A DNA stretch of 32,000 nucleotides from Candidatus Saccharimonadota bacterium (GTDB lineage Bacteria; Pseudomonadota; Gammaproteobacteria; Enterobacterales; Enterobacteriaceae): positions 187,311-219,310 of the forward strand of contig CP144768.1 in NCBI GenBank assembly GCA_036689225.1, in the 5' to 3' direction. Positions 10,573-21,352 of the stretch are shown here, in pieces. The position numbers and the translations under genes were made by a program. Every line of letters begins with the position of its first letter. Positions within the stretch are counted from its first letter, which is position 1. The notes below the pieces were generated by a model that saw only the letters and a program-made list of their open reading frames with translations, was not told the DNA's origin and made no database searches.

Positions 10573-11476
10573 AAATATAAAAATCTTTAGCTATTTTAGT
10601 ATTATTAAAATATTTATAACATTCATATAACATACATTTAAGATCATTATAAGAATATCTAGAACTAAAATGAGTAATTATTAATTTTTTAACATTATAT
10701 TTTTTAGCAATTATAGCAGCTTGTATATTAGTAGAATGTCCTCTAGAATTTGCTTTTTTATACATATTATTTTTTAAAGTAGATTCATGTATTAAAATAT
10801 CTAAATTATATAAATAAATACAATTTTTTTTTAAAGGAGAAGTATCACCTAAAATTGCTATTTTTTTTCCAATAATATTTTTACTTAAATATTTTTTACC
10901 ATTTACAATTTTTTTATTAAATAATATTTTTTTTCCTAATTTTAAATATTTATATATAGGTCCAGGATATATACCTTCAGATATTAATTTCTTTACATTT
11001 AAATGTCCTAATTTATCACATTGTTTTATATAAAAACCATAACATTCTAAGGAATGATTTAACAAAAAACAACTTACTTTATATTTTCCATTATTAAATA
11101 ATTTACCTTCTTTTATTTCAAATATTTTTAAAGGAAAATTAATATAACAATTAGTTAATTTTAAATTTAATTTAATAAATTTTTTTATACCTTTAGAACC
11201 ATAAATTTCTAAAGAATTATTAGAATTATACATAGATCTACTAGTTAATAAACCTATTAATCCAAAAATATGATCACCATGCATATGAGTAATAAAAATT
11301 TTTTTTATTTTATTTAATTTTATAGAAGTATATAAAATTTGATGCTGAGTTCCTTCACCACAATCAAATAATCAAATTTCATAAAAATTACTATTATTAA
11401 AAACAAGAGCTATACTACTAACATTTCTTTTAATAGAAGGAGAACCAGCATTAGTACCTAAAAATTGAATATACAT
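10562..11476 (-). CDS. rnz: ribonuclease Z / RNase BN (ElaC, metallo-beta-lactamase fold)
   Basis: ATG at 11476-11474. MYIQFLGTNAGSPSIKRNVSSIAL...IWLFDCGEGTQHQIL...IFITHMHGDHIFGL joins track ORF 10562-11284 in frame, with TGA for the Trp of WLFDCGEGTQHQ. E. coli RNase BN reads [22 protein letters not shown]...LWLFDCGEGTQHQLL...IFISHLHGDHLFGL. The C-terminus (ANSRGHST, LIITHFSSRY) also matches. Confidence 0.88.
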
Positions 11477-11609
11477 TATAATACCAAAATATAAAAATTT
11501 AAATTATAAATAATTAATAATATATTATATTATAAAAATAATACTTATTTAAAATATATATTATTATATATAATATAATAATAAAAATTAAGTAAATATA
11601 AATTAAAAT

Positions 11610-12560
11610 ATGAAAAAAAAAATAGGTATATTAACAAGTGGAGGAGATTCTCCAGGAATGAATACATTTATATATAATATAGTTAAAGAAAGTATTAAAA
11701 ATAACTTTACTATATATGGAATATATAAAGGATATTACGGATTATATATAAATAAAATAAAAATATTAAATTTTAATAAAATTCAATATATAAAAAATAT
11801 AGGAGGTACAATATTAGGTAGTTCTAGATTTCCTGAACTAAAAAATTATGAAATAAGAAAAAAAATAATAAAAAAAATTAAAAAAAAAATTGATATATTA
11901 ATAATAATTGGAGGAGAAGGATCATATAAAGGTGCAAAAAAATTAAATGAAATGAATTTACCTTGTATAACAATACCTGGAACAATAGATAATGATATAA
12001 ATAATACAGATTACAGTATAGGTTACTATACTGCTTTAGAAACAATAGTTAAATCAATAGATAAAATAGAAAATACTTCTTTATCTCATAATAGAATATC
12101 AATAATAGAAGTCATGGGAAGAAAATGTGGTAATTTAGCTATATATTCATCTATAGCTTGTTCATCTGATTATGTAATAATACCAGAAATAAATTTTAAT
12201 AAAAATAAATTATATAATTCTATAAAAAAAAAAATTAAAACAAAAAAAAATATATCAATTATAATAACAGAAAATATATATAATATATTTAAATTAGCAA
12301 AAAAAATAGAAAAAATAACTAATAAAGAAACAAGAGCAACATCTTTAGGATATATACAAAGAGGAGGTATACCAATAAGTTTTGATAGAATATTAGCTAC
12401 AAAAATGGCTATATTTGCAATAAAATTAATAAAAAAAAATATTTTAGGAATATCAATAAGCATAAAAAATAATAAATTAAAATATTTTAAATTAAATAAA
12501 AATATAAAAAAAAATAATAAAAAAAAATATTTAAAATGAATTAAAATAATAAATTATTAA
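11610..12560 (+). CDS. pfkA: ATP-dependent 6-phosphofructokinase
   Basis: MKKKIGILTSGGDSPGMN, GGEGSY, PGTIDNDI, MGRKCG and TRATSLGYIQRGG match E. coli PfkA. TGA at 12537-12539 aligns with the Trp of the E. coli C-terminus (GDWLECAKKLY versus KYLKWIKIINY). The true stop is TAA 12558-12560. Confidence 0.92.
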
Positions 12561-12567
12561 TTAAAAA

Positions 12568-14166
12568 ATGAAAAATATAAATAAAAATTTTATATTTAAA
12601 CAAATAAATAAAGATTTATATAAAAAAAAATATAAAAAAATTATTACACGTTTTGCTCCAGAACCAAATGGTTGTTTACATATAGGACATGTAAAATCTA
12701 TATTTATAAATTTTGAAATAGCAAAATATTATAATGGAATATGTAATTTAAGATTTGATGATACAAATCCAAACACAATAAAAAAAAAATATATTAATTC
12801 AATTATAAATGATATTAAATGATTAGGTTATAAATATAATAAAAATATAAAATATGCATCAAATTATTTCTATAAATATTATTATTATGCAATTCAATTA
12901 ATAAAAAAAAATTTAGCATATGTAGATGAATTATCAAAAAAAAAAATTAAAAAATATAGAGGAAACTTTAAAAAAAAAGGAAAAGATAGCCCTTTTAGAA
13001 AAAGAAGTATCAAAGATAATATCATTTTATTTAAAAAAATGAAAAATGGATATTTTAATGAAGGTAAAGCTTGTTTAAGAGCAAAAATTAACATGAACTC
13101 AAAATATATGATATTAAGAGATCCTATTTTATATAGGATAAAATATAATAATCATATAAAAACAAAAAAAAGATGATGTATATATCCAACTTATGACTTT
13201 GCTCATTGTATTGCAGATTCTATAGAAAAAATTACACATTCATTATGTACATTAGAATTTCAAAATAATAAAATATTATATAATTGAATATTAAATAATA
13301 TAAATATAAAATATAAATCAAAACAATATGAATTTTCTAGATTAAATATAAGTAATAATATAACTTCTAAAAGAAAAATTATTTTTTTAATAAAAAAAAA
13401 AATTATAAATAATTGAAATGATCCAAGATTAATGACAATATTAGGTATGAAAAGAAGAGGATATAATCCTAAATCTATATTAGATTTTTGTAAATCTTTA
13501 GGAATAAGTAAACAAGAAAGTATTATAAATAATAATATAATAAAAAATTATTTAAGAAAAAATTTAGATAAAACATCACCTAGAATAATGGGAATAATTA
13601 ATCCTATAAAAATAATTTTAATAAATTTAAAAAAAAAAAAAAAAATATATATATATAATCATCCAAATAATAAAACTTTTGGTAAAAGAAAAATAAACTT
13701 ATATAAAAAAATATATATAGATAAAAAAGATTTAAAAATAAATAATAAAAAAAAATTTTATAAAAAAATATTAAATAAAAAAATAAAATTAAAATATTCA
13801 AATATTATTTGTATAAAAAAAATTATAATAAATAAAAATAAAAAAATTAAATATATAAAATGTTTATTATTAAAAAAAAAATTTAAAAAAAAAAAATATA
13901 AAATAATACATTGAATATCAAAAAAAGATTCATTAAAAATAAAATTTATTTTTTTTAAAGATTTACTAAAAAAAAATAATATAAAAAATAAAAAAAATTT
14001 TTTAAATTATATAAATAAAAAATCTATAATTAATAAAATAGGATATATAGATAAAAATATTATAAAAAATAAAAATAAAATATTTCAATTAGAAAGAATG
14101 GGATATTTTAAAAAACAAAATAATAAAAAAATAATTTTAAATGAAATAATATCTTTAAAAAAATAA
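12568..14166 (+). CDS. glnS: glutamine--tRNA ligase (532 aa)
   Basis: Track ORFs 12568-12822 and 13432-13914 share frame 1. I read the whole of 12568-14166 and found no TAA or TAG; TGA lies at 12820, 13174, 13285, 13414 and 13912. Motifs present: [18 protein letters not shown] (HIGH), [52 protein letters not shown] (the MSK-equivalent) and DPRLMT. The C-terminal anticodon-binding half is very degenerate. Confidence 0.9.
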
Positions 14167-14282
14167 TAAAATTAATTAAAATAAAATTGTATTATAATAT
14201 ATAATTTAAAAAAAAAATATTTAAAATAAATTAATAAATATATTAAAATATATTTTTTTTTTTAAAAAAATTTATTAATTAT

Positions 14283-14972
14283 ATGAAAAAAAAAAAAATA
14301 ATATATAAATTTAATAATATAAGTAAAATATTAAATATATGTATATATAAAATATATTACATAAGTAAAAATAATAAAAATATAATAAATTATATTAATA
14401 AAAAATATAAATTTAATAAAATATTTAAAAAAATATCATTAATAATAAATGATAATATATTAAATATTTATAAAAAAAATAAAAAATTAAATAATAATAA
14501 TATAAAATATAAAAAATATACTATAAATTTTAGTATAATATACTTAAATAATAGTCATATATATATATATATATATAATTACTTAAAAAAAAATATTTTA
14601 AATATCAAAATAGATATAGAAATATATACATATAATTTAATTACACCATTAAAAACAATAGATTATTTAATTTCAATATTTAAACCAAATTTAATAATAA
14701 TAGATTATAAAATAAGAGGATATATTAAAAAAAAAAATAAAAACAAAAAAATTAATTCTATACAAAAATATATATCAACAAAAAATAAAAAAATATATGA
14801 TATTTTTGATATAAATATATATAATGAAAATATATTTCAAACAAAAATGATAATAAAAAAAATAAATATAAATAAAAATATTATTAATTTAAAAAAAAAA
14901 AAATATAATAAAAAAAAAAAAATATATATAATAAAATTAATATGAAAAAAAATAAAAAAAATATGTTATTAA
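14283..14972 (+). CDS. speD: S-adenosylmethionine decarboxylase proenzyme (SpeD-like, 229 aa); catalytic competence uncertain
   Basis: YKFNNISKILNICIYKIYYI, LNNSHIYIYIY, IDIEIYTYNLITPLKTIDYLI, IIIDYKIRGY, INSIQKY and INIYNENIFQTKMIIKKI parallel E. coli SpeD ([87 protein letters not shown]). TGA at 14943-14945 is read through to TAA 14970-14972. Confidence 0.75.
14557..14576 (+). repeat. (AT)10 dinucleotide repeat inside speD, encoding HIYIYIY at the putative self-cleavage motif
   Basis: Read directly: agt cat ata tat ata tat ata tat aat. Confidence 0.9.
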
Positions 14973-14976
14973 ATAT

Positions 14977-15720
14977 TTATAAAGTTAAAATTTTATAACT
15001 ATTTTTTGTTACTAATATAGTATGTTCATATTGTGCAGATAAACTACCATCTTTTGTTTTAACTGTTCAACCATCATTCATAATATATGTATTATTTTTA
15101 CCTAAATTAACCATAGGTTCAATAGTAAATATCATACCAGTTTTCATACGAAAATTATAATTATTTTTATAATGTAAAATTTGAGGAAATTCATGTAATT
15201 TTTTTCCTATACCATGACCACAATAATTTTTAACTATAGAATAACCATATTTTTCAATATAATTTTGTATACTTTTACCAATTAAATTAAATTTATTACC
15301 ATTTTTAACATATTTAAGAGCATAAAAAATACTATTATAAGTAATATTACATAATTTTAAAGCATTAATTTTAGGAATACCAACAAAAAACATTTTTGAT
15401 GCATCAGAATAATATTTATTTTTACAAATAGATATATCAATATTTATAATATCTCCATCTTTTAAAATACAATTATAACTAGGAATACCATGACAAACTA
15501 CATTATTTATTGAAGTACATATAGATTTAGGATAATTCATATATCCTAAAGTAGCAGGATAAGCTTTATAATAATTAACAATTCTATTATAACATATATC
15601 ATTTATATAACCAGTAGAAATACCTGATTTTACATATTTAGAAATATATAATAATAAATCTTTAACTATTTTACCTACAATAAACATATTTTTAATATCT
15701 TTATTATTTTTAATAATCAT
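14977..15720 (-). CDS. map: methionine aminopeptidase type I
   Basis: Track ORF 15067-15720 (CHGIP, DGDIINIDIS, CGHGIG, FTIEPM) continues past TGA 15067-15069 as [30 protein letters not shown], ending at TAA (complement of 14977-14979). E. coli reads [32 protein letters not shown]. It is divergent from rpsB, as in E. coli. Confidence 0.92.
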
Positions 15721-15801
15721 AAATAATTAACCTTTAAAATATATAATATATAATATATATATGTATATAATAATATAAAAAATATATTTATAAAATAAAA
15801 T

Positions 15802-15806
15802 AAGGA
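15802..15806 (+). promoter_or_regulatory. Shine-Dalgarno-like AAGGA, 6 nt upstream of the rpsB ATG
   Basis: A G-containing motif in an otherwise almost pure A/T spacer, at canonical spacing from the start codon. Confidence 0.5.
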
Positions 15807-15812
15807 AAAAAA

Positions 15813-16481
15813 ATGATAAATTTTTCAATAAAAGAAATGATAAAAGCAGGTATACATTTTGGTCACCAAACAAAATATTGAAATCCAAAAATGAAACCTT
15901 ATATATATACAAAATATAATAATATACATATTATAAATTTAAATAAAACTATAAAATTATTTAATATAGCAATTAATAAATTAAAATTATTACAAAAAAA
16001 AAAAAAAAAAATATTGTTTATAGGAACAAAAAAATCAGCTTCTAAAATAATTAAAAAAACAGCTATTATATGTAAACAATTTTATATAAATAAAAGATGA
16101 TTAGGGGGAACATTAACAAATTGAAAAACAATGAAAAAATCAATTAAATATTTAATAGAATTAGAAAAAGAATATAAAACAGGAATATTAAATAAATTTG
16201 TTAAAAAAGAAATTTTATTTAAAAAAAAAACATTAAAAAAATTAAAAAATAATTTAGAAGGAATTAAAAATATGAAAGGATTACCTGATGCTATATTTGT
16301 AGTAGATTCTAAATATGAAAAAATAGCAATTAAAGAAGCAAAACAATTAAATATAAAAATATTTTCTATAGTAGATACTAATAATAATCCAGATAATATA
16401 GATTATATTATACCAGGAAATGATGATTCAATAAAATCTATAAAATGATATTTTAATATTATATGTAAAACAATAAATTAA
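15813..16481 (+). CDS. rpsB: 30S ribosomal protein S2
   Basis: ATG at 15813: [31 protein letters not shown] versus E. coli [28 protein letters not shown]. Track ORFs 15891-16100 and 16131-16448 are the same frame. TGA at 15879 (YWNP), 16098 (RWLGG), 16122 (TNWKT) and 16446 all fall on E. coli Trp positions. Stop is TAA 16479-16481. Confidence 0.93.
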
Positions 16482-16486
16482 AATAA

Positions 16487-17242
16487 ATGAAAAAATATAA
16501 AATAAAACTAATAAAAAAAATTAGACATTTAACTAAAATAAGTATAAATAAATGTAAAAAAGCCTTAGAAAAAAATAATTATAATATAGAAAAATCATTA
16601 ATATATTTAAAAAAAATTAAAATCAAAAAAAAAAATATTCCAAAAGAAGGAATAATTTTAAATAAAATAAATAAAAACAATGTAATAATGATAAAATTAC
16701 TTTGTGAAACAGATTTTACATCTAAAAATATTTATTTTAATAATTTTGCAAATGAAATAATAAATTTTTGTTTTAAAAAAAAAATTTATATATTAAAAAA
16801 AATAAACAAATATTTTAATAAAAAAAAAAAATATTTAATAAATAAATTTAATGAAAATATTATTATAGATAATATTTGCTATTTAAAAGGAAAATATATA
16901 GGTAATTATTTACATAATAATAATAAAATAGGAACTATATTAAAAATAAAAACAAAAAAAAATAATTTAGATAAAAAATATATAAAACAAATATGTATGC
17001 ATATTACAGCAATGAATCCAAAATATATAAATAAAAAAAATATACCATTAGAAATAATAAAAAAAGAAAAAAAAAAAATATTAATCTATTATAAAAAAAA
17101 TATTTCTAAAAAATTAAAAAATAAATTAAACAAAAAAATTTTATTAGAACAAAAATTTATTTTTAATGATAAAATAAAAATTAAATATTTTATTAAAAAA
17201 AAAAATATTAAAATAATTAATTTTTATAGATATAAAATATAA
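16487..17242 (+). CDS. tsf: elongation factor Ts (251 aa)
   Basis: [35 protein letters not shown] versus E. coli [44 protein letters not shown] versus CQTDFVAKD. It follows rpsB immediately, as in E. coli. Confidence 0.85.
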   Translation: [251 protein letters not shown]

Positions 17243-17282
17243 TTTTATAAAAAATATATTAAATAAAATTATAATAAATAAA

Positions 17283-17366
17283 GGAGGTATGGCCGAGTGG
17301 TTTAAGGCAACGGTCTTGAAAATCGTCAACGTATATCGTTCGAGAGTTCGAATCTCTCTACCTCCG
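17283..17366 (+). tRNA. tRNA-Ser (anticodon UGA), no encoded 3' CCA
   Basis: An 84-nt GC-rich island that folds as a class II cloverleaf. Acceptor stem GGAGGTA/TACCTCC, D stem GCC/GGC, anticodon stem ACGGT/ATCGT, loop CT-TGA-AA. The long variable arm is CAACGTATATCGTTC (stem AACG/CGTT) and the T arm is GAGAG-TTCGAAT-CTCTC. The discriminator is G, followed by TAC rather than CCA. Confidence 0.9.
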
Positions 17367-17383
17367 TACTATATATAAAAAAT

Positions 17384-18112
17384 ATGAATAATATAAAACT
17401 AGAAAAAAAAATTAATAATTATTTAAAATTAAAAAATATAAAAGATAATTCTATAAATGGATTACAAATAGAAGGATGTAAAAATATAAATAAAATAATA
17501 AGTTGCGTTACAATAAATTTAACTATAATAAAAAAATGTCTAAAAAAAAAATTTAATACTATTATTTGTCATCATGGAATATTATGAAAAAAAAATAAAA
17601 TTAATATTATAGGAATAAGAAAAAAAATTATAAAAAAAATATTATTAAATAATATAAATTTATATTGTTGACATATTCCTTTAGATATACATAAATATAT
17701 AGGTAATAATATTATATTAGCAAATAAATTAAAAATAAAAATAAAAAATAAAAAAAATAAAAATTATAATATAATAATAGGAAAATCTAATAAAAAAATA
17801 ATAAATATTATAAAAAAAATAAATAAAAATTATATTTTTATTAAAAGTACAAAAAAAAAAATTAATAAAATAGCAATATGTACAGGATTAGGAGAAAAAT
17901 ATATAGAAAAATCTATATTAAAATATAATATAGATACATATATAACAGGAGAAGTATCAGAATATAATATAATATTATCAAAACAATATAATATAAATTT
18001 AATAATTATAGGTCATCATTTTTCTGAAATATATGGAATAAAATATTTAGGAAAATGAATAAATAAAAAATTTAAATTATATGTTAAATTTTTAAATATA
18101 AATAAAATATAA
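17384..18112 (+). CDS. ybgI: Nif3-family metal-binding protein (YbgI, GTP cyclohydrolase 1 type 2 homologue)
   Basis: Track ORF 17384-17587 extends through TGA at 17585, 17669 and 18056 to TAA 18110-18112; I read frame 2 throughout. NGLQIEG, IICHHGILWK, INLYCWHIPLDIH..IGNN, CTGLGE, TYITGEVSE and IIGHHFSE parallel E. coli YbgI (NGLQVEG, VIVHHGYFWK, INLYGWHLPLDAHPELGNN, CTGGGQ, AFITGEVSE, AAGHHATE). Confidence 0.85.
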
Positions 18113-18251
18113 ATATATATAATATATAAATTAAATAATTCTTTTATAAAAATAAAATATAATTAATTATAATATCATTAATTAAAATTATTAAATATTA
18201 TTAAATATTAAAATAAAATAATAAATTTAATAAATAATAATTAATAATAAA

Positions 18252-19958
18252 ATGAATATTAATAAAATAAAAAAAAAAATAATAAAACTAAAAAAAAAAA
18301 TAAATAAATTTTCATATTATTATTTTTATAAAAATAAAAATATAATTTCAGATGAAAAATATGATTTTTTAGTAAAAAAATTAGAAATATTAGAAAAAAA
18401 ATATCCTAAATTAAAACTTAAAAATAGCCCAACAAAAAAAATATATTATAAATTTATAAAAAATTTTTCTATTAAAAAACATAATATACCTATGTTATCA
18501 ATTAAAAATTTTTATTCTTATAATGAAATATATAAATATTTAAATAAATTAAAAAAAATATATAAAATAAATAATTTTTGTTGTGAATTAAAGATAGATG
18601 GAGTAGCAATTAGTTTAATTTATAAAAATAATTATTTAAATCAAGCTTTAACTAGAGGAAATGGAATATATGGTGAAAATATAATAAAAAATATAAAATA
18701 TATAAATTCAATACCTAAAAATTTAAAATTAAAAGATAAAATAGAAAATTTAGAAATAAGAGGAGAAATTTATATTTCTAAAAAAAATTTTATAAAAATA
18801 AATAAAAATAAAAAATTTTCTAATAATAGAAATATAGTTTCAGGAACTATAAGACAATCAAATAATAAAAAAATAAAAAATAGAAAATTATCATTTATAG
18901 GTTATGATATTATTATTAATAATAATAGAAAAAATTTTTTAACTCAATATAAAAGTTTAAAAAAAATTAAAAAAATAGGATTTAATATAGAAAAAAAAAC
19001 TATATTATGTAATAATATTTATGATATTAAAAAATATTATAAAAATATAGAAAAAACAAAAAAATATATAAATTTTAATATTGATGGAATAGTAATAAAA
19101 ATTAATAATAAATTTATACAAGAAAAAATAAAAAATAATAATAAATATGCTAAATGATGTATAGCATGAAAATTTAAAAATAAAAAAAAAATTACAAAAG
19201 TTAAAAATATAATTTTTGAAATTACTAAAGATGGAATAATAATACCTATTATTATAATAAAAAAAATTAAAATAGAAGGAGTAATAATTAAAAAAATTAA
19301 TTTATATAATTTAAATTTTTTAAAAAAAACAAAAATAAATATAAATGATTATGTTATAGTTGAAAGAAGTGGCAATGTAATACCAAAAATAATAAAAATT
19401 ATAAAAAAAAATAAAAAAAAATACAATATTAATAAATGTCCTTTTTGTAAAAAAAAAATAAATATTTATGAAAAAATACCAAAATGCTATAATAAAAAAT
19501 GTTTTGAAAAAATAAAAAAAAATATAATACATTTTACTTCAAAAAATTCATTTAATATAATAGGTTTAGGTAAAAATATAATAAAAAAATTAATAAAATA
19601 TAAATATATATCTTCACCTTTAGATATATTTAAAATATCAAAAAAAAAACTAATAAAAATTCCAAAAATAAAAAATAAATTAGCAAATAAAATAATTAAA
19701 TCAATTAATATATCAAAAAAAAATATAAAATTATATAATATAATTAATTCTCTTTCTATTCCTAATATAGGAATATATACATCAAAAAAAATAAATAAAA
19801 ATATAAAATATTTTAAAAATTTTATAAAATTAAATAAAAAAAATATTAAATATATAAATAATATAAGTAAAAAAAAAAAAACATTAATAATAAATTATTT
19901 AAATAATAAAAATAATATAAATTTTTTAAAAAAATTAAATAAAATTTTATTCAATTAA
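18252..19958 (+). CDS. ligA: NAD-dependent DNA ligase, short form (568 aa) that appears to lack the C-terminal BRCT domain
   Basis: Track ORF 18252-19157 continues through TGA 19155 and 19167 (KWCIAWKF versus E. coli RWAIAFKF) to TAA 19956-19958. The adenylation motif CELKIDG, LTRGNG, the four-Cys zinc finger (CPFCKKKINIYEKIPKCYNKKC) and HhH-like segments are present. The protein ends near where the E. coli HhH region ends. Confidence 0.88.
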
Positions 19959-21352
19959 AATATATTTTTAATAAAATATTTTATTCTAAATAAAAACTTT
20001 TTTTTTTTTAATAATAATATTATCATATTTATATCTGGAGAAACTTCTTTACCTGTTATAAAAAAATGCAATATTCTATATATATAATTAATTTTTAAAT
20101 ATTTAAATTTTTTAATTAAATTATTTATACAAAACTTAATATTTTCAATATTTCAAATATTTAAATTAAATATTTTTTTATATAAATATAATAATATAAA
20201 ATAAGAATTATTATTTTTATATTTAATAATTAATAATGGATTAAAATATATTTTTTTATTAAAAATAATACAAAAATTTACTATATCTTTAATTAAATAA
20301 CTTTTAGATAATATAAATAATATTATTTCATCTAAATTATTAATTTTATCTAAAAATATTTTATTGTTAATAACAAAATATTTAAAATATATTTTTAAAT
20401 ATTTATAAGATATATTAAATAAATAATATTTATTTAAAAATAAAATTTTTTTATTATCTAATATACAATTAGATTTATTAATATTAAATAAATTTATATA
20501 TTTCATTTCATTAATACTATTAAATTTATAATTTATACAAGATCTACCTAAAAATAATAAATAATTTAATATAGAAATAGGTAAATAACCATTATATATA
20601 TAACTTTTAATATTAAATAAAAATTTTTTTTTAGATATTTTTTTTTTATTAATATCTAATATCATTGGTAAATGTATATATTTAGGAATATTATAATTTA
20701 ATGATTTTAATAAATTTATTTGTTTAGGAGTATTATTAATATGATCTTCTCCTCTTATAATATGAGTAACAGACATATAATAATCATCTACAACTACACA
20801 AAAATTATAAGTAGGCATTCCATTAGTACGTTTAATAATAAAATCATCTAATTGATTATTATTAAAAACTATTTTCTTAAACAAAATATCTTTAAAAATA
20901 ACTTTATTATATAATGGATTTTTAAATCTAACTACATATTTTAAATTTTTATAATTTAAATTTTTATCTCTACAATAATTATCATATTTAGGTTTAATAC
21001 CATTTTTAATACACAAATCACGTATTTTTTTTAATCTATCATAAGAACAAAAACATTTATAAGCTAAATTATTGGATAACATATAATTTATTATATCTAT
21101 ATATTTATCTATATTATCAGATTGATAATATACCTCTTCATCTCAATATAATCCTAATCATTCTAAAATATATAATATATAATCAGAATATTTTTTATTT
21201 AATTTATTTAAATTTGTATCTTCTATACGTAATAAAAATTTACCATTATTTTTTCTTGCATATAATCAAGAATATAAAGCAATTCTTATATTTCCAATAT
21301 GTAAATAACCAGTAGGACTTGGAGCAAATCTTGTAATTATTTTATTTATCAT
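19955..21352 (-). CDS. gltX: glutamate--tRNA ligase (465 aa)
   Basis: ATG at 21352-21350. [47 protein letters not shown] joins track ORF 20153-21082 in frame (270 nt apart). The C-terminal tail was read through TGA 20153 to TAA (complement of 19955-19957). An HIGH-type motif and KISKKK (the KMSKS equivalent) are present. Confidence 0.9.

Noticed and set aside
12170-12463. Track ORF (97 aa, minus strand).
   Set aside because: It is antisense to pfkA, whose sense frame carries the conserved motifs.
12537-12539. TGA at 12537-12539 as the pfkA stop.
   Set aside because: It aligns with the Trp near the E. coli PfkA C-terminus (GDWLECAKKLY). Under code 4 the gene ends 7 codons later, at TAA 12558-12560.
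12894-13801. Track ORFs 12894-13094 and 13604-13801 (minus strand).
   Set aside because: Both are antisense to glnS and are low-complexity F/L/I/Y artefacts.
15727-15912. Track ORF (61 aa, minus strand) spanning the map/rpsB spacer and the rpsB 5' end.
   Set aside because: It overlaps the conserved rpsB N-terminus in antisense and has low-complexity composition.
17144-17329. Track ORF (61 aa, minus strand).
   Set aside because: It runs antisense through the tsf 3' end and into the tRNA-Ser gene. It exists only because of the GC-rich tRNA sequence.
18191-18210. Tandem duplication TTAAATATTA x2 in the ybgI-ligA spacer.
   Set aside because: It is a 10-mer of pure A/T in a spacer of pure A/T. 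This is expected by chance at this composition and has no further periodicity.
19320-19532. Track ORF (70 aa, minus strand; the only track product containing TGG-encoded Trp).
   Set aside because: It is antisense to the ligA zinc-finger region, whose sense frame is conserved.
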